DNA from: a virus
IMG/VR virus record: IMGVR_UViG_3300035698_012504
Location: 1-58,693 of that record
Strand: one strand, 5' to 3'
Length of the DNA stretch: 58,693 bases
Shown here: piece after piece, positions 1 through 9,139 of the stretch
Numbering within the stretch: position 1 is the stretch's first letter
How the letters are laid out: each line of letters opens with the position of its first letter
Made by a program: the position numbers and the translations under genes
Notes under the pieces: model-generated
Told to the model about the DNA's origin: nothing
What the model saw: only the letters and a program-made list of their open reading frames with translations
Database searches by the model: none

Positions 1-18
1 AGAGGAATCTGTATATAG
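1..18 (+). CDS. 3' end of an upstream small-ORF array member (partial; ends ...RGICI*)
   Basis: The frame ends in RGICI followed by TAG. The same GGAGGA-spacer-ATG junction recurs throughout the array, so the array continues upstream of the window. Confidence 0.4.
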   Translation, partial: RGICI

Positions 19-26
19 GAGGATGT

Positions 27-389
27 ATGTTAGGATTAGACCCATATGTTATGGATCGATTAATTCCTATATTAAAAGATAATTTGTTCTTCAAGTATAT
101 AGTAGATAATATGGATTATAAGGAAATGGGGTGGGTTCATAATTCTATAACGTTTAGTTTCTCTACACTAGATGGCACCCTTGACATACTTATGGGAGTT
201 CATGATGAGGCAATAAGAATTGTAATCTATATGACATATTTGGATACTTTTTTAATAAAAGAAAACAATATACATTATGAAATTAGTATAAAATTCGCTG
301 ATGAGCATATGCCTGAAACAGGATTTACAATTGCTACTAATGGGTATATACATATATTAGACATTATAAGAAAAGGGATATCAATATGA
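27..389 (+). CDS. hypothetical small protein, tandem-array member (C-term RKGISI)
   Basis: 120-aa ORF with a GGAGGA Shine-Dalgarno sequence 6 nt upstream. Its stop overlaps the next start as ATGA. Confidence 0.5.
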   Translation: MLGLDPYVMDRLIPILKDNLFFKYIVDNMDYKEMGWVHNSITFSFSTLDGTLDILMGVHDEAIRIVIYMTYLDTFLIKENNIHYEISIKFADEHMPETGFTIATNGYIHILDIIRKGISI

Positions 390-808
390 TAATGGATATG
401 ATTGATACTGAAGTTAATAATGGATACCTTATTAGGCGTACATTAAATCAAACCTTAACGAAGAGTCAGATATTTAAATGGATAGCAACATATATAGAGG
501 TTGAATCGACTAGAAGTGTAAAAGTATATACTTCATTTAATAATATAGATATTATATTAACCGGCATGAAAGGACTTCATCACATAACAGTGAGTATTAC
601 TGGGAAAACTTATATAGTCGATAGATATAATCACCCTAGATTTGCACCAGATAAGATTAATCCTATTAATATTATTATGGAGTTTTATTATACAAGCCCC
701 CCTCATAAATTATTTGTTGTTAGAGATAGATGGTTTAAATACGATGTGACCCCTTCTCAACATTCAATAAATTTAACTGATATGTTAATGGGAGGAATCT
801 GTATATGA
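386..808 (+). CDS. hypothetical small protein, array member (C-term GGICI)
   Basis: ATGA-coupled at both ends. The junction is GGAGGAATCTGTATATGA. Confidence 0.5.
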   Translation: MIMDMIDTEVNNGYLIRRTLNQTLTKSQIFKWIATYIEVESTRSVKVYTSFNNIDIILTGMKGLHHITVSITGKTYIVDRYNHPRFAPDKINPINIIMEFYYTSPPHKLFVVRDRWFKYDVTPSQHSINLTDMLMGGICI

Positions 809-1116
809 TAGTTGATATGTTGACAATCGATTCATCGATGTTTGTATCCACTATGACAGAACACAGCTATAGTCTATACTTAGATAACTTAATTATATCG
901 TTTAGACCAGATAATCCTAGATATCCCCACCACCTCGTATTATCCCTCTGTTCATATGATTATGACGGAATAGATATAGAATTAATCAAATATGCAAACT
1001 TTCACTATGTTTATGAGGTAGATGTATTTGATAATATTACATTTGAACATGTAAATAATATATGTAAATCTATAATATGTACGTTGGATATTATCAGGAG
1101 AGGGATATCAGTATGA
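805..1116 (+). CDS. hypothetical small protein, array member (C-term RRGISV)
   Basis: ATGA-coupled, with the conserved junction. Confidence 0.5.
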   Translation: MIVDMLTIDSSMFVSTMTEHSYSLYLDNLIISFRPDNPRYPHHLVLSLCSYDYDGIDIELIKYANFHYVYEVDVFDNITFEHVNNICKSIICTLDIIRRGISV

Positions 1117-1535
1117 TGGGTTATGTCGGACCTATGTCAAAACAAGATAGGAAATATTTAAGCTCTTTCCCACATGATCTAAGAACTAATTTTATAGCAA
1201 GTACGCTAATACGATTTGGATTTAAAAGGAAAACAATTGAAGATATGGATAGGACTGTTTTAAATCTATCTAGTAGTTTTTATGTACCTGGATCAACATA
1301 TAGTAGAATTGTATCGATTCGTATTAATGGTAGAATGTGGAACGGATACACATATAGCCCTATACCTGAAGGGTATCATGCTAGAATAAAAATAACACTT
1401 AATGATGATGTCATGTATATAACGAGGCGAGATAGCCCGTATGTATACATATTTAGTGCTCCTCCGTGGCCTAAGAAAGGAAAAGATAAACAAATTCATT
1501 TGTTAAATATACTAAAGTTAGGAATCTGCATATGA
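1113..1535 (+). CDS. hypothetical small protein, array member (C-term LGICI)
   Basis: The start was moved to the ATG at 1113, which overlaps the previous TGA. The track's start at 1077 lies inside the preceding gene. Confidence 0.5.
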   Translation: MMGYVGPMSKQDRKYLSSFPHDLRTNFIASTLIRFGFKRKTIEDMDRTVLNLSSSFYVPGSTYSRIVSIRINGRMWNGYTYSPIPEGYHARIKITLNDDVMYITRRDSPYVYIFSAPPWPKKGKDKQIHLLNILKLGICI

Positions 1536-1759
1536 ATTACCCATCTATGAGGGAACTAAGTAGATATATAATGGATAATATAGCGATTGATGGATATAGA
1601 ATATCTAGCAATAGTAAAAATGGAATAATAGTTAATATGAATGAAACTAAGATCTCTATTTTAGATAGTGAACATTATTGGATTAGACTAGAGGATTATA
1701 ATAATAAACCTAAAAGAGTCTATCTCTTGGATATATTATCCCAAGGAGTAGTGATATGA
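1532..1759 (+). CDS. hypothetical small protein, array member (C-term QGVVI)
   Basis: ATGA-coupled. Confidence 0.5.
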   Translation: MNYPSMRELSRYIMDNIAIDGYRISSNSKNGIIVNMNETKISILDSEHYWIRLEDYNNKPKRVYLLDILSQGVVI

Positions 1760-1965
1760 AGCTTGCTCTGTTACGTGCTCTATATAATATTAATTTCACT
1801 GAGCACCTAATGGAGAATGGTGGTAATGATGTAATCTTTAAATATACAAAACCAGAAATTGATGATGATAGTAAACCATGTAGAGTATATGTTAGTGTCA
1901 CTGAGCCAAGCTATACTGGATTAGGTGGGATAAAGTGGCATTGGGACCACCAATTGATAGAGTAG
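1756..1965 (+). CDS. hypothetical small protein, array member lacking the usual tail (possible 5' half of a frameshifted gene)
   Basis: ATGA-coupled at its start. It ends ...HQLIE* without the G-x-x-I tail, and it overlaps the next ORF by 31 nt. Confidence 0.35.
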   Translation: MKLALLRALYNINFTEHLMENGGNDVIFKYTKPEIDDDSKPCRVYVSVTEPSYTGLGGIKWHWDHQLIE

Positions 1966-2126
1966 TTGTAGAACTATATCGAGATTGGGATCTATTAAGA
2001 TGTTCGTATATGTCTCTTGTAGGTATGAGTAAATTTGGATATATTTATCAGGTTACAGATGTTGATTTTAAAATCACTAAAGATATATTCATTATGGACG
2101 TCCTAAAGAGAGGAATAGTAATATGA
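1935..2126 (+). CDS. hypothetical small protein, array member (GTG start; C-term KRGIVI)
   Basis: GTG start inside the previous ORF. It may be the 3' half of one gene, 1756..2126, split by a frameshift. Confidence 0.35.
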   Translation: MALGPPIDRVVVELYRDWDLLRCSYMSLVGMSKFGYIYQVTDVDFKITKDIFIMDVLKRGIVI

Positions 2127-2329
2127 TCTTTGATAACGATAATAAGATACCATTTGAACATCAATCAAGAGTATATGAAGTTTATTTAGATGTCTATGAT
2201 ATGTTTCATGGTGGGCACGCAGTTCATCCCCTAATTATAGCAGGACTCCCATTTCATATTAACCCTTCCCACTTCAACTTTGGAAGAATAGCGAATTGGA
2301 TATATCATACAGGAGGAGTTGTAATATGA
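2123..2329 (+). CDS. hypothetical small protein, MIFDN(D/G)N subfamily (C-term TGGVVI)
   Basis: The N-terminus MIFDNDNKIPFE..VYEVY is shared with the ORFs at 3962, 6807, 7429 and 8556. Confidence 0.55.
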   Translation: MIFDNDNKIPFEHQSRVYEVYLDVYDMFHGGHAVHPLIIAGLPFHINPSHFNFGRIANWIYHTGGVVI

Positions 2330-2688
2330 GCGTCCAGCAAAGAGAAGAAGAACTATTCGATTTATTACAACGTTCAGGATTTAAGAAAAGAAGTCATCGC
2401 ACATCTATGATGGATTTTAGAGAAGAATCGTTTGATTTTGGTAACTATGTAGTAATTACTCTAAATGAAAATGGGTATATTGATGTGGAGATAGTAGATA
2501 AATTAGATATAGATAAATCGAGATACTACTATGTTAAAAGAATGGATAAAAGTAGTTTTAAAATGAGAATATATGCGAGTACTTATCCCGTGGCACCAGA
2601 ACGTATATTCGAATTTAAAATAGGAATAGATAAATTAGGAAAATTAATAAATACGTTTGATGTATTTAAACAAGGAGCAATATTATGA
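2326..2688 (+). CDS. hypothetical small protein, array member (C-term KQGAIL)
   Basis: The start was moved to the ATG at 2326, which overlaps the previous TGA. Confidence 0.5.
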   Translation: MSVQQREEELFDLLQRSGFKKRSHRTSMMDFREESFDFGNYVVITLNENGYIDVEIVDKLDIDKSRYYYVKRMDKSSFKMRIYASTYPVAPERIFEFKIGIDKLGKLINTFDVFKQGAIL

Positions 2689-2876
2689 TATACATAGATA
2701 CTATGGATCGTTATATAATTAAGAATTATGATGAGTATGTTAGTAAAATACATACAGACATACTTACCACAATCCAACATAAACTTAATAAAGGTTATGA
2801 TGAGTGGACACACTATGAATACTTTCTTAGTCGTCATCTTATAAGATCTATTAATAGCTCGAACATATGTAGTTGA
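2685..2876 (+). CDS. hypothetical small protein, array member
   Basis: ATGA-coupled at its start. There is no conserved tail, and a 26-nt spacer follows. Confidence 0.4.
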   Translation: MIYIDTMDRYIIKNYDEYVSKIHTDILTTIQHKLNKGYDEWTHYEYFLSRHLIRSINSSNICS

Positions 2877-2902
2877 ATATTTGCAAAACAAGGAGTTGTG
2901 GT

Positions 2903-3361
2903 ATGACTGAAAGAGGTATAATTAATGTATTAGATTCTTTACAATTCAACAACTCTAAAATATCTGGATCTTTTGCTGCCCCTATTAATGGAAGGGGATT
3001 TGCTCATATGAATCCAGGTCCTCCAACAGCACGATTTACATTCAGAGATAAAAATAGAATATCACTATCAACTACAATTTCAAAACCACAGATGATTGAT
3101 GTAGTATCAAGAAGAACCCATTTACTCGGAGGAATATCAAGACGTGGCCTAGTTGTAGAATGTTGGTTATACATACACTCTGATATAAATGATTATTATC
3201 TTTACTTTGTCGTACCATTTAATGAATCGACATTCACTGTTTATTTCACTCATAAATATAATGAGAAGGATAAAGATCATATTGATAGGGTTGGAACATT
3301 GTTTAGTAGATCAAAACCTATATTCATTCTAGATGTATTGAAGCGAGGAGTCGTGATATGA
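2903..3361 (+). CDS. hypothetical small protein, array member (C-term KRGVVI)
   Basis: The start was moved to the ATG at 2903, which has an AAGGAG Shine-Dalgarno sequence 7 nt upstream. Confidence 0.5.
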   Translation: MTERGIINVLDSLQFNNSKISGSFAAPINGRGFAHMNPGPPTARFTFRDKNRISLSTTISKPQMIDVVSRRTHLLGGISRRGLVVECWLYIHSDINDYYLYFVVPFNESTFTVYFTHKYNEKDKDHIDRVGTLFSRSKPIFILDVLKRGVVI

Positions 3362-3687
3362 TGTATACAGATGGATCAGATATGCTATATACATTTACAT
3401 TATCTGACGTAATAACTGGTGTAAAGGGTAGATCGTTTGATTTCATTATAAAAATAGATGAATACCCAGACTTTGTTAACAAAGGGCATACAAGATTAAA
3501 AAAAGTATCTCTTTATTTCTCAGTGTTTGGTAAAACATGTACTATTGATTGTATGTTAAACTCTAAATTCCCAAATATATTCTTATTTAATAATCTCCAT
3601 TATATTGTGTTAGTATATAACAATGGAGTTACTATGCCAACTTCAGTTAACACATTTAATATAATATCTCATGGTATCGTAATATGA
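3358..3687 (+). CDS. hypothetical small protein, array member (C-term SHGIVI)
   Basis: ATGA-coupled. Confidence 0.5.
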   Translation: MMYTDGSDMLYTFTLSDVITGVKGRSFDFIIKIDEYPDFVNKGHTRLKKVSLYFSVFGKTCTIDCMLNSKFPNIFLFNNLHYIVLVYNNGVTMPTSVNTFNIISHGIVI

Positions 3688-3965
3688 TTGTAGATACTAC
3701 TGATATGAAAGAGCTAGGTATTGGTGTATGTATCTCAGAAGGGTTATGGGTAGATACATTTCACACCAAAGATATAATGCTAACTTTATACCGTTATATA
3801 GATGGAGGATCAATTACATCCATAACTAGAGATCAGGCTGAATTGGTCAGACATCATGGTAGAGTATATACATTTGATTTATTTGATACGCATATTATAT
3901 CATCTGCTCATCATAATGGATTAATTACTCCACTCAACATGATAAAGAGAGGGATTGTAATATGA
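3684..3965 (+). CDS. hypothetical small protein, array member (C-term KRGIVI)
   Basis: ATGA-coupled. Confidence 0.5.
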   Translation: MIVDTTDMKELGIGVCISEGLWVDTFHTKDIMLTLYRYIDGGSITSITRDQAELVRHHGRVYTFDLFDTHIISSAHHNGLITPLNMIKRGIVI

Positions 3966-4189
3966 TATTTGACAACGGCAACGAGTTATTATTTGAAGAT
4001 TGTCTACCAGTGTATGATGTGTATTTTAAAATATCTGATGTTTTTGGTATACCCCTCCGTATTAAATTTCCCCTTCCAAAAAATAAATATGGAAATCCCA
4101 AAGTTTTATATTACCTTCCGACGCTCCCTAGAATACATATCTCAATAATATTTAAGTTGATATATTATAGTAAAGGAATTAATATATGA
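3962..4189 (+). CDS. hypothetical small protein, MIFDNGN subfamily (C-term SKGINI)
   Basis: MIFDNGNELLFEDCLPVYDVY. ATGA-coupled. Confidence 0.55.
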   Translation: MIFDNGNELLFEDCLPVYDVYFKISDVFGIPLRIKFPLPKNKYGNPKVLYYLPTLPRIHISIIFKLIYYSKGINI

Positions 4190-4488
4190 TATATGAAGAT
4201 ACTACAGATGCCCTAATGGGGGTGGAATATAATCCCGCAGAAGAATGTATTAAACTTAGCTATGGTAAGGAATCATTTTCACATGTAGATGTTGCTCTTT
4301 ATAGTGATGGTGGATTCGGATTTAGAATATCTAGATACCATTATATGAATATGTTGTCGTGTGTTACAGTAAAACGATCATACCGACAAAGGTTCGAATA
4401 TATATTTAAGACTGGATGCCATGAGCAATTTAGAAAGAAGCGATATGTTAATCTGATGGATATCTTCAACAGAGGAGTTCCTATATAG
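4186..4488 (+). CDS. hypothetical small protein, array member (C-term NRGVPI)
   Basis: ATGA-coupled. Confidence 0.5.
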   Translation: MIYEDTTDALMGVEYNPAEECIKLSYGKESFSHVDVALYSDGGFGFRISRYHYMNMLSCVTVKRSYRQRFEYIFKTGCHEQFRKKRYVNLMDIFNRGVPI

Positions 4489-4712
4489 TGTATGTAGATG
4501 TAAAAGTTAATATGATGCTTAGTGCCGTAATGTACAAAGATGCTGGAGATTTTCGCGACTTGTGTGTTCATAATTATACTAGACCACTAGCCATTAAACC
4601 AATTAGATATAGTGGATATGGTAGGGATATGGGTTATACAGCATACATTAGAGGTTTTAGATTTAAGGACGTATTTAACCAAGTAATGAAGAGAGGAATA
4701 GTATGGAAATAG
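4488..4712 (+). CDS. hypothetical small protein, array member (GTG start; C-term KRGIVWK)
   Basis: GTG at 4488 lies 10 nt after an AGAGGAG motif. Its stop overlaps the thyX start. Confidence 0.4.
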   Translation: MYVDVKVNMMLSAVMYKDAGDFRDLCVHNYTRPLAIKPIRYSGYGRDMGYTAYIRGFRFKDVFNQVMKRGIVWK

Positions 4713-5485
4713 TAGAACCGAAAGTATTTTTAATAGCAGAAACTAAATTAGATAATGAGGGCCTTCTTGAATATCTCAAGGATCTTAACGTATTAGATTA
4801 TAGCTGGAGTGCCCCGTCTGATTCAGAGGCGCTATGTGAGATGATGGGAAGATTGTGTTATAGATCATTCAAGCCTGGTCTTAATCCCAATGTTACAAAA
4901 GTAAGGACCGGTAATGATGTATACTTAAAGAACATTATAAACACTGGGCATGGGTCAGTTTTAGAACATGCTAGTGTAAGTTTTATATTCAAAGACGTAT
5001 CTCGAGTATTCACGCATGAGCTTGTTCGACATAGATCAGGGGTAGCTATATCTCAAGAGTCTCTTAGATTCGTTAGGTTAGATAAGCTTAGTGCGTATGT
5101 CCCGATACAGATAGAAGAGAATGAAGAAGCAATGTCTTTGTTCATGGATACGTTTGATAAACTTGAAGAGGTGCAAAAACAACTCGCTGACATTTACGAT
5201 ATAGAGAACACTGATGACTTTGCTAGGAAGAAAGAATTAACCTCTGCATTCAGGAGAGTTGCCCCTATTGGATTAGCAACTACCATAGGGTGGACATGTA
5301 ATATGCGAGCACTAAGACACATAATCGAATTAAGAACTAGCCCACATGCAGAGATAGAACTTAGAGTAGTATTCGCAAAAGTATTTGATATAGTGAAAGA
5401 TAAATACCCTAATATATTTGGAGATTATAAAGTAGAGATGGTAGATGGTATACCGTGGGTGCATACTACGGAGGAGAAGATCTAA
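4703..5485 (+). CDS. thyX: flavin-dependent thymidylate synthase ThyX
   Basis: Carries the ThyX signature RHRSGVAISQESLRFV (RHRxxxxxQxSxR) and is 260 aa. Confidence 0.9.
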   Translation: MEIVEPKVFLIAETKLDNEGLLEYLKDLNVLDYSWSAPSDSEALCEMMGRLCYRSFKPGLNPNVTKVRTGNDVYLKNIINTGHGSVLEHASVSFIFKDVSRVFTHELVRHRSGVAISQESLRFVRLDKLSAYVPIQIEENEEAMSLFMDTFDKLEEVQKQLADIYDIENTDDFARKKELTSAFRRVAPIGLATTIGWTCNMRALRHIIELRTSPHAEIELRVVFAKVFDIVKDKYPNIFGDYKVEMVDGIPWVHTTEEKI

Positions 5486-5501
5486 CATAAGGTAGTGAAT
5501 T

Positions 5502-5702
5502 ATGATATATGTTACTGGATGTATAAACTCAACGTTTTCTGAAAAGTTGATACATGAATCATTTAATAACATCTTAATATTATTAGACTTCATAGATGAT
5601 GATGATTATATGAATTATATCCTTGAGTATGGTATTAAGATTTATCCAATTTGTCCCATTCGATTTGAACTCTATTTAATTATAGACACTCCCCTCAGAT
5701 AG
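5502..5702 (+). CDS. hypothetical small protein
   Basis: 66-aa ORF directly downstream of thyX. Confidence 0.35.
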   Translation: MIYVTGCINSTFSEKLIHESFNNILILLDFIDDDDYMNYILEYGIKIYPICPIRFELYLIIDTPLR

Positions 5703-5828
5703 ATATTCATTTCACACAAAGTCCAAAAATATCTGTAGTGTATACTAGTAAAGGTATACGTGTACCAGTCATTAGCTTTCATTTAATTGATATATTTAAG
5801 AGAGGGATAGCCATATAAAGGAGATAGT

Positions 5829-6077
5829 ATGCACATAGATGAAGACGGATTATACAATGAAGTTGCTCGTTATATTAGAACAAGGAATGATTTATCATTA
5901 GGACTTACTGTTATGAATATAACAAATGGTAAATTATTAATAGTAGTAGTTAATGACCCATCTAATAGAGGAACGCGGTTTAATCATGTAGATAATCTTA
6001 AAGAAATACTACCCAAAGTAATTCATTATTTCATATTAGTGTATATGGATGTTATGAAGGAAGGAATAAATATCTAA
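5829..6077 (+). CDS. hypothetical small protein, array member (C-term KEGINI)
   Basis: Preceded by AGAGGGATAGCCATATAAAGGAG. This restarts the array after a 126-nt spacer. Confidence 0.5.
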   Translation: MHIDEDGLYNEVARYIRTRNDLSLGLTVMNITNGKLLIVVVNDPSNRGTRFNHVDNLKEILPKVIHYFILVYMDVMKEGINI

Positions 6078-6451
6078 TGGATATGTATATGAGAACTCCT
6101 TTAATAAGACCATGTAGAGAAGAATATGATCATAGTTTTAGTACGAGAATATGTCACGCATGGATAAGAACTAAAACTAATTCATTTATTCACTTCCAAG
6201 TATCTGTTTCTCCAACTAACTCTACAGACAAATTCAAGCTGATGATGTTTTTGACAACAGATGATAAAATCAATGAAATAGGGACACGGGCATGGGTAGA
6301 AGAAAAACAAATATTAAGTATAGGAGCATCTAGGATGTTTGAATTATACTATGGGACCAGACTACAAAATCCTCTTATCATTCAGGGAATTTTTAAAAAA
6401 GGGGTATGTATCAATTCGAATGATTTTTTAAACGGAGGAATCGATATATGA
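6077..6451 (+). CDS. hypothetical small protein, array member (C-term NGGIDI)
   Basis: TAATG-coupled. Confidence 0.5.
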   Translation: MDMYMRTPLIRPCREEYDHSFSTRICHAWIRTKTNSFIHFQVSVSPTNSTDKFKLMMFLTTDDKINEIGTRAWVEEKQILSIGASRMFELYYGTRLQNPLIIQGIFKKGVCINSNDFLNGGIDI

Positions 6452-6810
6452 TATTTATATCTCCACCAGAAGATGGATTATATTCAGACTCAATTGTTAG
6501 GATAGAGCTTGTACCACACTCATCTAATCGCAGATATAAATTTATTGCTAATATTCCATCTAAACTAGATGATGTTTTATGTTCAATTTACGTCAGAAAA
6601 AAATCCCCATGGTGCCGAGACGATATAATAATAATATCATTCAAGCATCATAGATGTTATTTTCAAATATCTACTTTTAGTGGGTATGAACCAACTAAAG
6701 TATTTACTAAACCTAAAGTACAAACACTAATAACTAAACAGGGATGCAAATCAGAAGAAACTTATAGGGATATGGGTAGAATGTTTAGATGTGGAGGAAT
6801 CTCAATATGA
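6448..6810 (+). CDS. hypothetical small protein, array member (C-term CGGISI)
   Basis: ATGA-coupled. Confidence 0.5.
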   Translation: MIFISPPEDGLYSDSIVRIELVPHSSNRRYKFIANIPSKLDDVLCSIYVRKKSPWCRDDIIIISFKHHRCYFQISTFSGYEPTKVFTKPKVQTLITKQGCKSEETYRDMGRMFRCGGISI

Positions 6811-7037
6811 TATTCGACAACGGTAATAAATTGTTATTTAAAGATTGCTCGTTAGTATATGACTATCTTAAATTATATAATTACATTCACCTTCACCCTC
6901 ACCTTCACCCTCACCTTCACCTTCACCCTCACCCTCACCCTCACCTTCGCCCTCACTCCCGCCTTCCCCTTCACCCTCACCTTCAACCCGAAAAATTATT
7001 TAACTGGGTGTATAATAAAGGAGGAGTTGTGATATGA
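6807..7037 (+). CDS. hypothetical His/Pro/Leu-repeat protein, MIFDNGN subfamily (C-term KGGVVI)
   Basis: MIFDNGNKLLFKDCSLVYDYLKLY followed by HLHPHLHPHLHLHPHPHPHLRPH. It is a near-identical paralog of the ORF at 8556. Confidence 0.55.
   Translation: MIFDNGNKLLFKDCSLVYDYLKLYNYIHLHPHLHPHLHLHPHPHPHLRPHSRLPLHPHLQPEKLFNWVYNKGGVVI
6886..6988. repeat. hexanucleotide microsatellite (CACCTT/CACCCT)n, about 16 units, inside the CDS at 6807
   Basis: Direct reading shows cac ctt cac cct cac ctt ... repeated about 16 times. Confidence 0.9.
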
Positions 7038-7432
7038 TATTTGATACGACGTGTGAATATAACATGTATCAGTATGCATATGGAATGACTACACGTAAGA
7101 ATACAGTGACTAGAGAACATACTAGAATTACTATCCGTTCTCTTAGAGGTTATTGTTTCACATTCGAAAATCTAAGACATCCTCCGAAAGAATATGAAGG
7201 GCATTTTATATCGAGGGACGTTGAAGAGTTTTTAATAATTTATAAAGTAGATAGGATTACAGATGTTTATTACGATTTTATAAGAATAGGGAAAGTAGTG
7301 AGAGGGAAGAATCATTTAGTACGAAATGGAAAGAGAGAAATAATAATAACAACTGGTGTAAATCATACTACATCTGTTCCCAATGTATGTACAATTATAT
7401 TGGCGCTTTGTAGGAAAGGAACAGTCATATGA
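7034..7432 (+). CDS. hypothetical small protein, array member (C-term RKGTVI)
   Basis: ATGA-coupled. Confidence 0.5.
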   Translation: MIFDTTCEYNMYQYAYGMTTRKNTVTREHTRITIRSLRGYCFTFENLRHPPKEYEGHFISRDVEEFLIIYKVDRITDVYYDFIRIGKVVRGKNHLVRNGKREIIITTGVNHTTSVPNVCTIILALCRKGTVI

Positions 7433-7647
7433 TATTTGATAATGATAATAAAATGTTGATCGGAGATCCTACTAAAGCTTATAATACATATTGTTATATT
7501 AATACTCACACATGGGCAATTCAATATCTTAGTATGCATCTTCATACTAAATATCTTAATCTTACTCTTTTCCCACATTCTCGATTCCATCCTAGATTAG
7601 GAACCACATACAAATGGATAATTGAAAATAAAGGGGTCGTGATATGA
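7429..7647 (+). CDS. hypothetical small protein, MIFDNDN subfamily (C-term NKGVVI)
   Basis: MIFDNDNKMLIGD. ATGA-coupled. Confidence 0.5.
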   Translation: MIFDNDNKMLIGDPTKAYNTYCYINTHTWAIQYLSMHLHTKYLNLTLFPHSRFHPRLGTTYKWIIENKGVVI

Positions 7648-8006
7648 TATTTGAATCGGTTAACATTGATTTGTTTTGGAGAGATGGATTACATTTGAGA
7701 ACATTAAAACATGGTTATACCCACTTCTTTAGAGAAACTTACGTTGATAAAATATTTATGCATGATACATTTATAGGAGATTTATTACTCGAATGTATCC
7801 TTGTCAACCATATAGATTATATAAGAATACGAATTCCAACATTTCCATATAGATCCATGACATATAAATTTGATATGGGTACCGAGATACTCATTCGATT
7901 TGGATCTGGTAATATATTCTGTACGCAGACAAGTAAAAAAGAAGAAAAAATTAAGTGGTTTCAATTTGGAACTTTAGATATCATGACTAGAGGGGTAGTT
8001 ATATGA
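7644..8006 (+). CDS. hypothetical small protein, array member (C-term TRGVVI)
   Basis: Its MIFESV N-terminus is shared with the ORF at 9960. Confidence 0.5.
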   Translation: MIFESVNIDLFWRDGLHLRTLKHGYTHFFRETYVDKIFMHDTFIGDLLLECILVNHIDYIRIRIPTFPYRSMTYKFDMGTEILIRFGSGNIFCTQTSKKEEKIKWFQFGTLDIMTRGVVI

Positions 8007-8251
8007 TTTATGTATATGATGCATCAGATTCATTACAAGGTATAAGATTAGATGATATTGAATTTTATATATCATCGGATGCAGTATGTGATATGTGTAA
8101 GAGAACAGATATTATGTGTGATAATCAATGTGCTATTTACTTTAATTCATGGCCATTTACAGAGGTGACCAAAGAGTTTTATGTTCCACCACGACCAACC
8201 ATCCCTCTTATGTATAATTGGGTGAGGAGACAGATAGGAGCTGTTGTATGA
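8003..8251 (+). CDS. hypothetical small protein, array member (C-term QIGAVV)
   Basis: ATGA-coupled. Confidence 0.5.
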   Translation: MIYVYDASDSLQGIRLDDIEFYISSDAVCDMCKRTDIMCDNQCAIYFNSWPFTEVTKEFYVPPRPTIPLMYNWVRRQIGAVV

Positions 8252-8559
8252 TATATTTTACAAATGACACCCAGGGCGGGATGCAACAACATAATATAGA
8301 TGTCTACGTTAAAGATGTGTTACAGTTTTATAGACAAATCTATGATTTTGAACCTTACTATAATATACTAGATCCTATATTAAAGTATGCCCCAATATGT
8401 AGATATACTAGAGATGCTATATTATTTACACAAGAGGTATCCCCTGGTCTTTTTGGGGTTGTGATTAAAGAAGAACATCAAGAATTTCATGGAGTTAAAG
8501 TTACATTGTCTTTTATATGTGGATGGGTAATGCATCAACAACAAGGAGTAATTATATGA
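8248..8559 (+). CDS. hypothetical small protein, array member (C-term QQGVII)
   Basis: The start was moved to the ATG at 8248, which overlaps the previous TGA. Confidence 0.5.
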   Translation: MIYFTNDTQGGMQQHNIDVYVKDVLQFYRQIYDFEPYYNILDPILKYAPICRYTRDAILFTQEVSPGLFGVVIKEEHQEFHGVKVTLSFICGWVMHQQQGVII

Positions 8560-8786
8560 TGTTTGATAACGGTAATAAATTGTTATTTAAAGATTGCTCG
8601 TTAGTATATGACTATCTTAAATTATATGATTACATTCACCTTCACCTTCACCTTCACCCTCACCTTCACCCTCACCTTCACCTTCTCCCTCACCTTCTCC
8701 CTCACCCCCGCCTTTCCCTTCACCCTCACCTTCAACCCGAAAAATTATTTAACTGGGTGTATAATAGAGGAGGAGTAATAATATAA
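8556..8786 (+). CDS. hypothetical His/Leu/Pro-repeat protein, MIFDNGN subfamily (paralog of 6807)
   Basis: MMFDNGNKLLFKDCSLVYDYLKLYDYIHLHLHLHPHLHPH... The ends are near-identical to 6807..7037 and the repeat count differs. Confidence 0.55.
   Translation: MMFDNGNKLLFKDCSLVYDYLKLYDYIHLHLHLHPHLHPHLHLLPHLLPHPRLSLHPHLQPEKLFNWVYNRGGVII
8634..8738. repeat. hexanucleotide microsatellite (CACCTT/CACCCT/CTCCCT)n, second copy
   Basis: Direct reading. The unit order and count differ from the 6886..6988 copy. Confidence 0.9.
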
Positions 8787-8881
8787 TGTATGTAGATTGT
8801 ATGGATAAGGATATTTATCCAGAAGCCATTTAATTAGGATGTTCAAATACATATGATAAGAGTGGAGATACATGCGATCTA

Positions 8882-9139
8882 ATGTTTTGCAACTTCAGTG
8901 AAAAACATCCATATGAATTTCTTATGAAATTAGGAATATCTGATATAAGAATAAAAATATCATATCCAGTTGGAGAGCGAAGAGTAGTTAATTTAATGAT
9001 ACTTGGACTAAAGAGCGGTGATGGAATATATGTAAAGTTCAGCGCACTGAAGACAATAACAATTATGTCTGAAGATGGGGAACGCAAATGGAATGATTAC
9101 ATGGGTTGGTTTTTACAGCAAGGTATATATATTAAATAG
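8882..9139 (+). CDS. hypothetical small protein (C-term QQGIYIK)
   Basis: 85-aa ORF that follows a 95-nt spacer containing the small hairpin GGATAAGGATATTTATCC. Confidence 0.4.
   Translation: MFCNFSEKHPYEFLMKLGISDIRIKISYPVGERRVVNLMILGLKSGDGIYVKFSALKTITIMSEDGERKWNDYMGWFLQQGIYIK

Noticed and set aside
1756-2126. Programmed frameshift joining ORFs 1756..1965 and 1935..2126
   Set aside because: There is no slippery heptamer or stimulatory structure in the 31-nt overlap. A GTG start for the second ORF, or a simple indel or pseudogene, are equally possible and cannot be resolved from sequence alone.
5746-5770. GTATAC-containing partial palindrome in the 126-nt gap after thyX as a terminator or operator
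   Set aside because: The arms do not pair beyond the self-complementary GTATAC hexamers, and no T-tract follows.
6886-6988. Possible CRISPR-like array from the regular CACCTT repeats
   Set aside because: The period is 6 nt with no spacers, the repeat lies inside a reading frame, and it is duplicated in a paralogous gene. It is a coding microsatellite.
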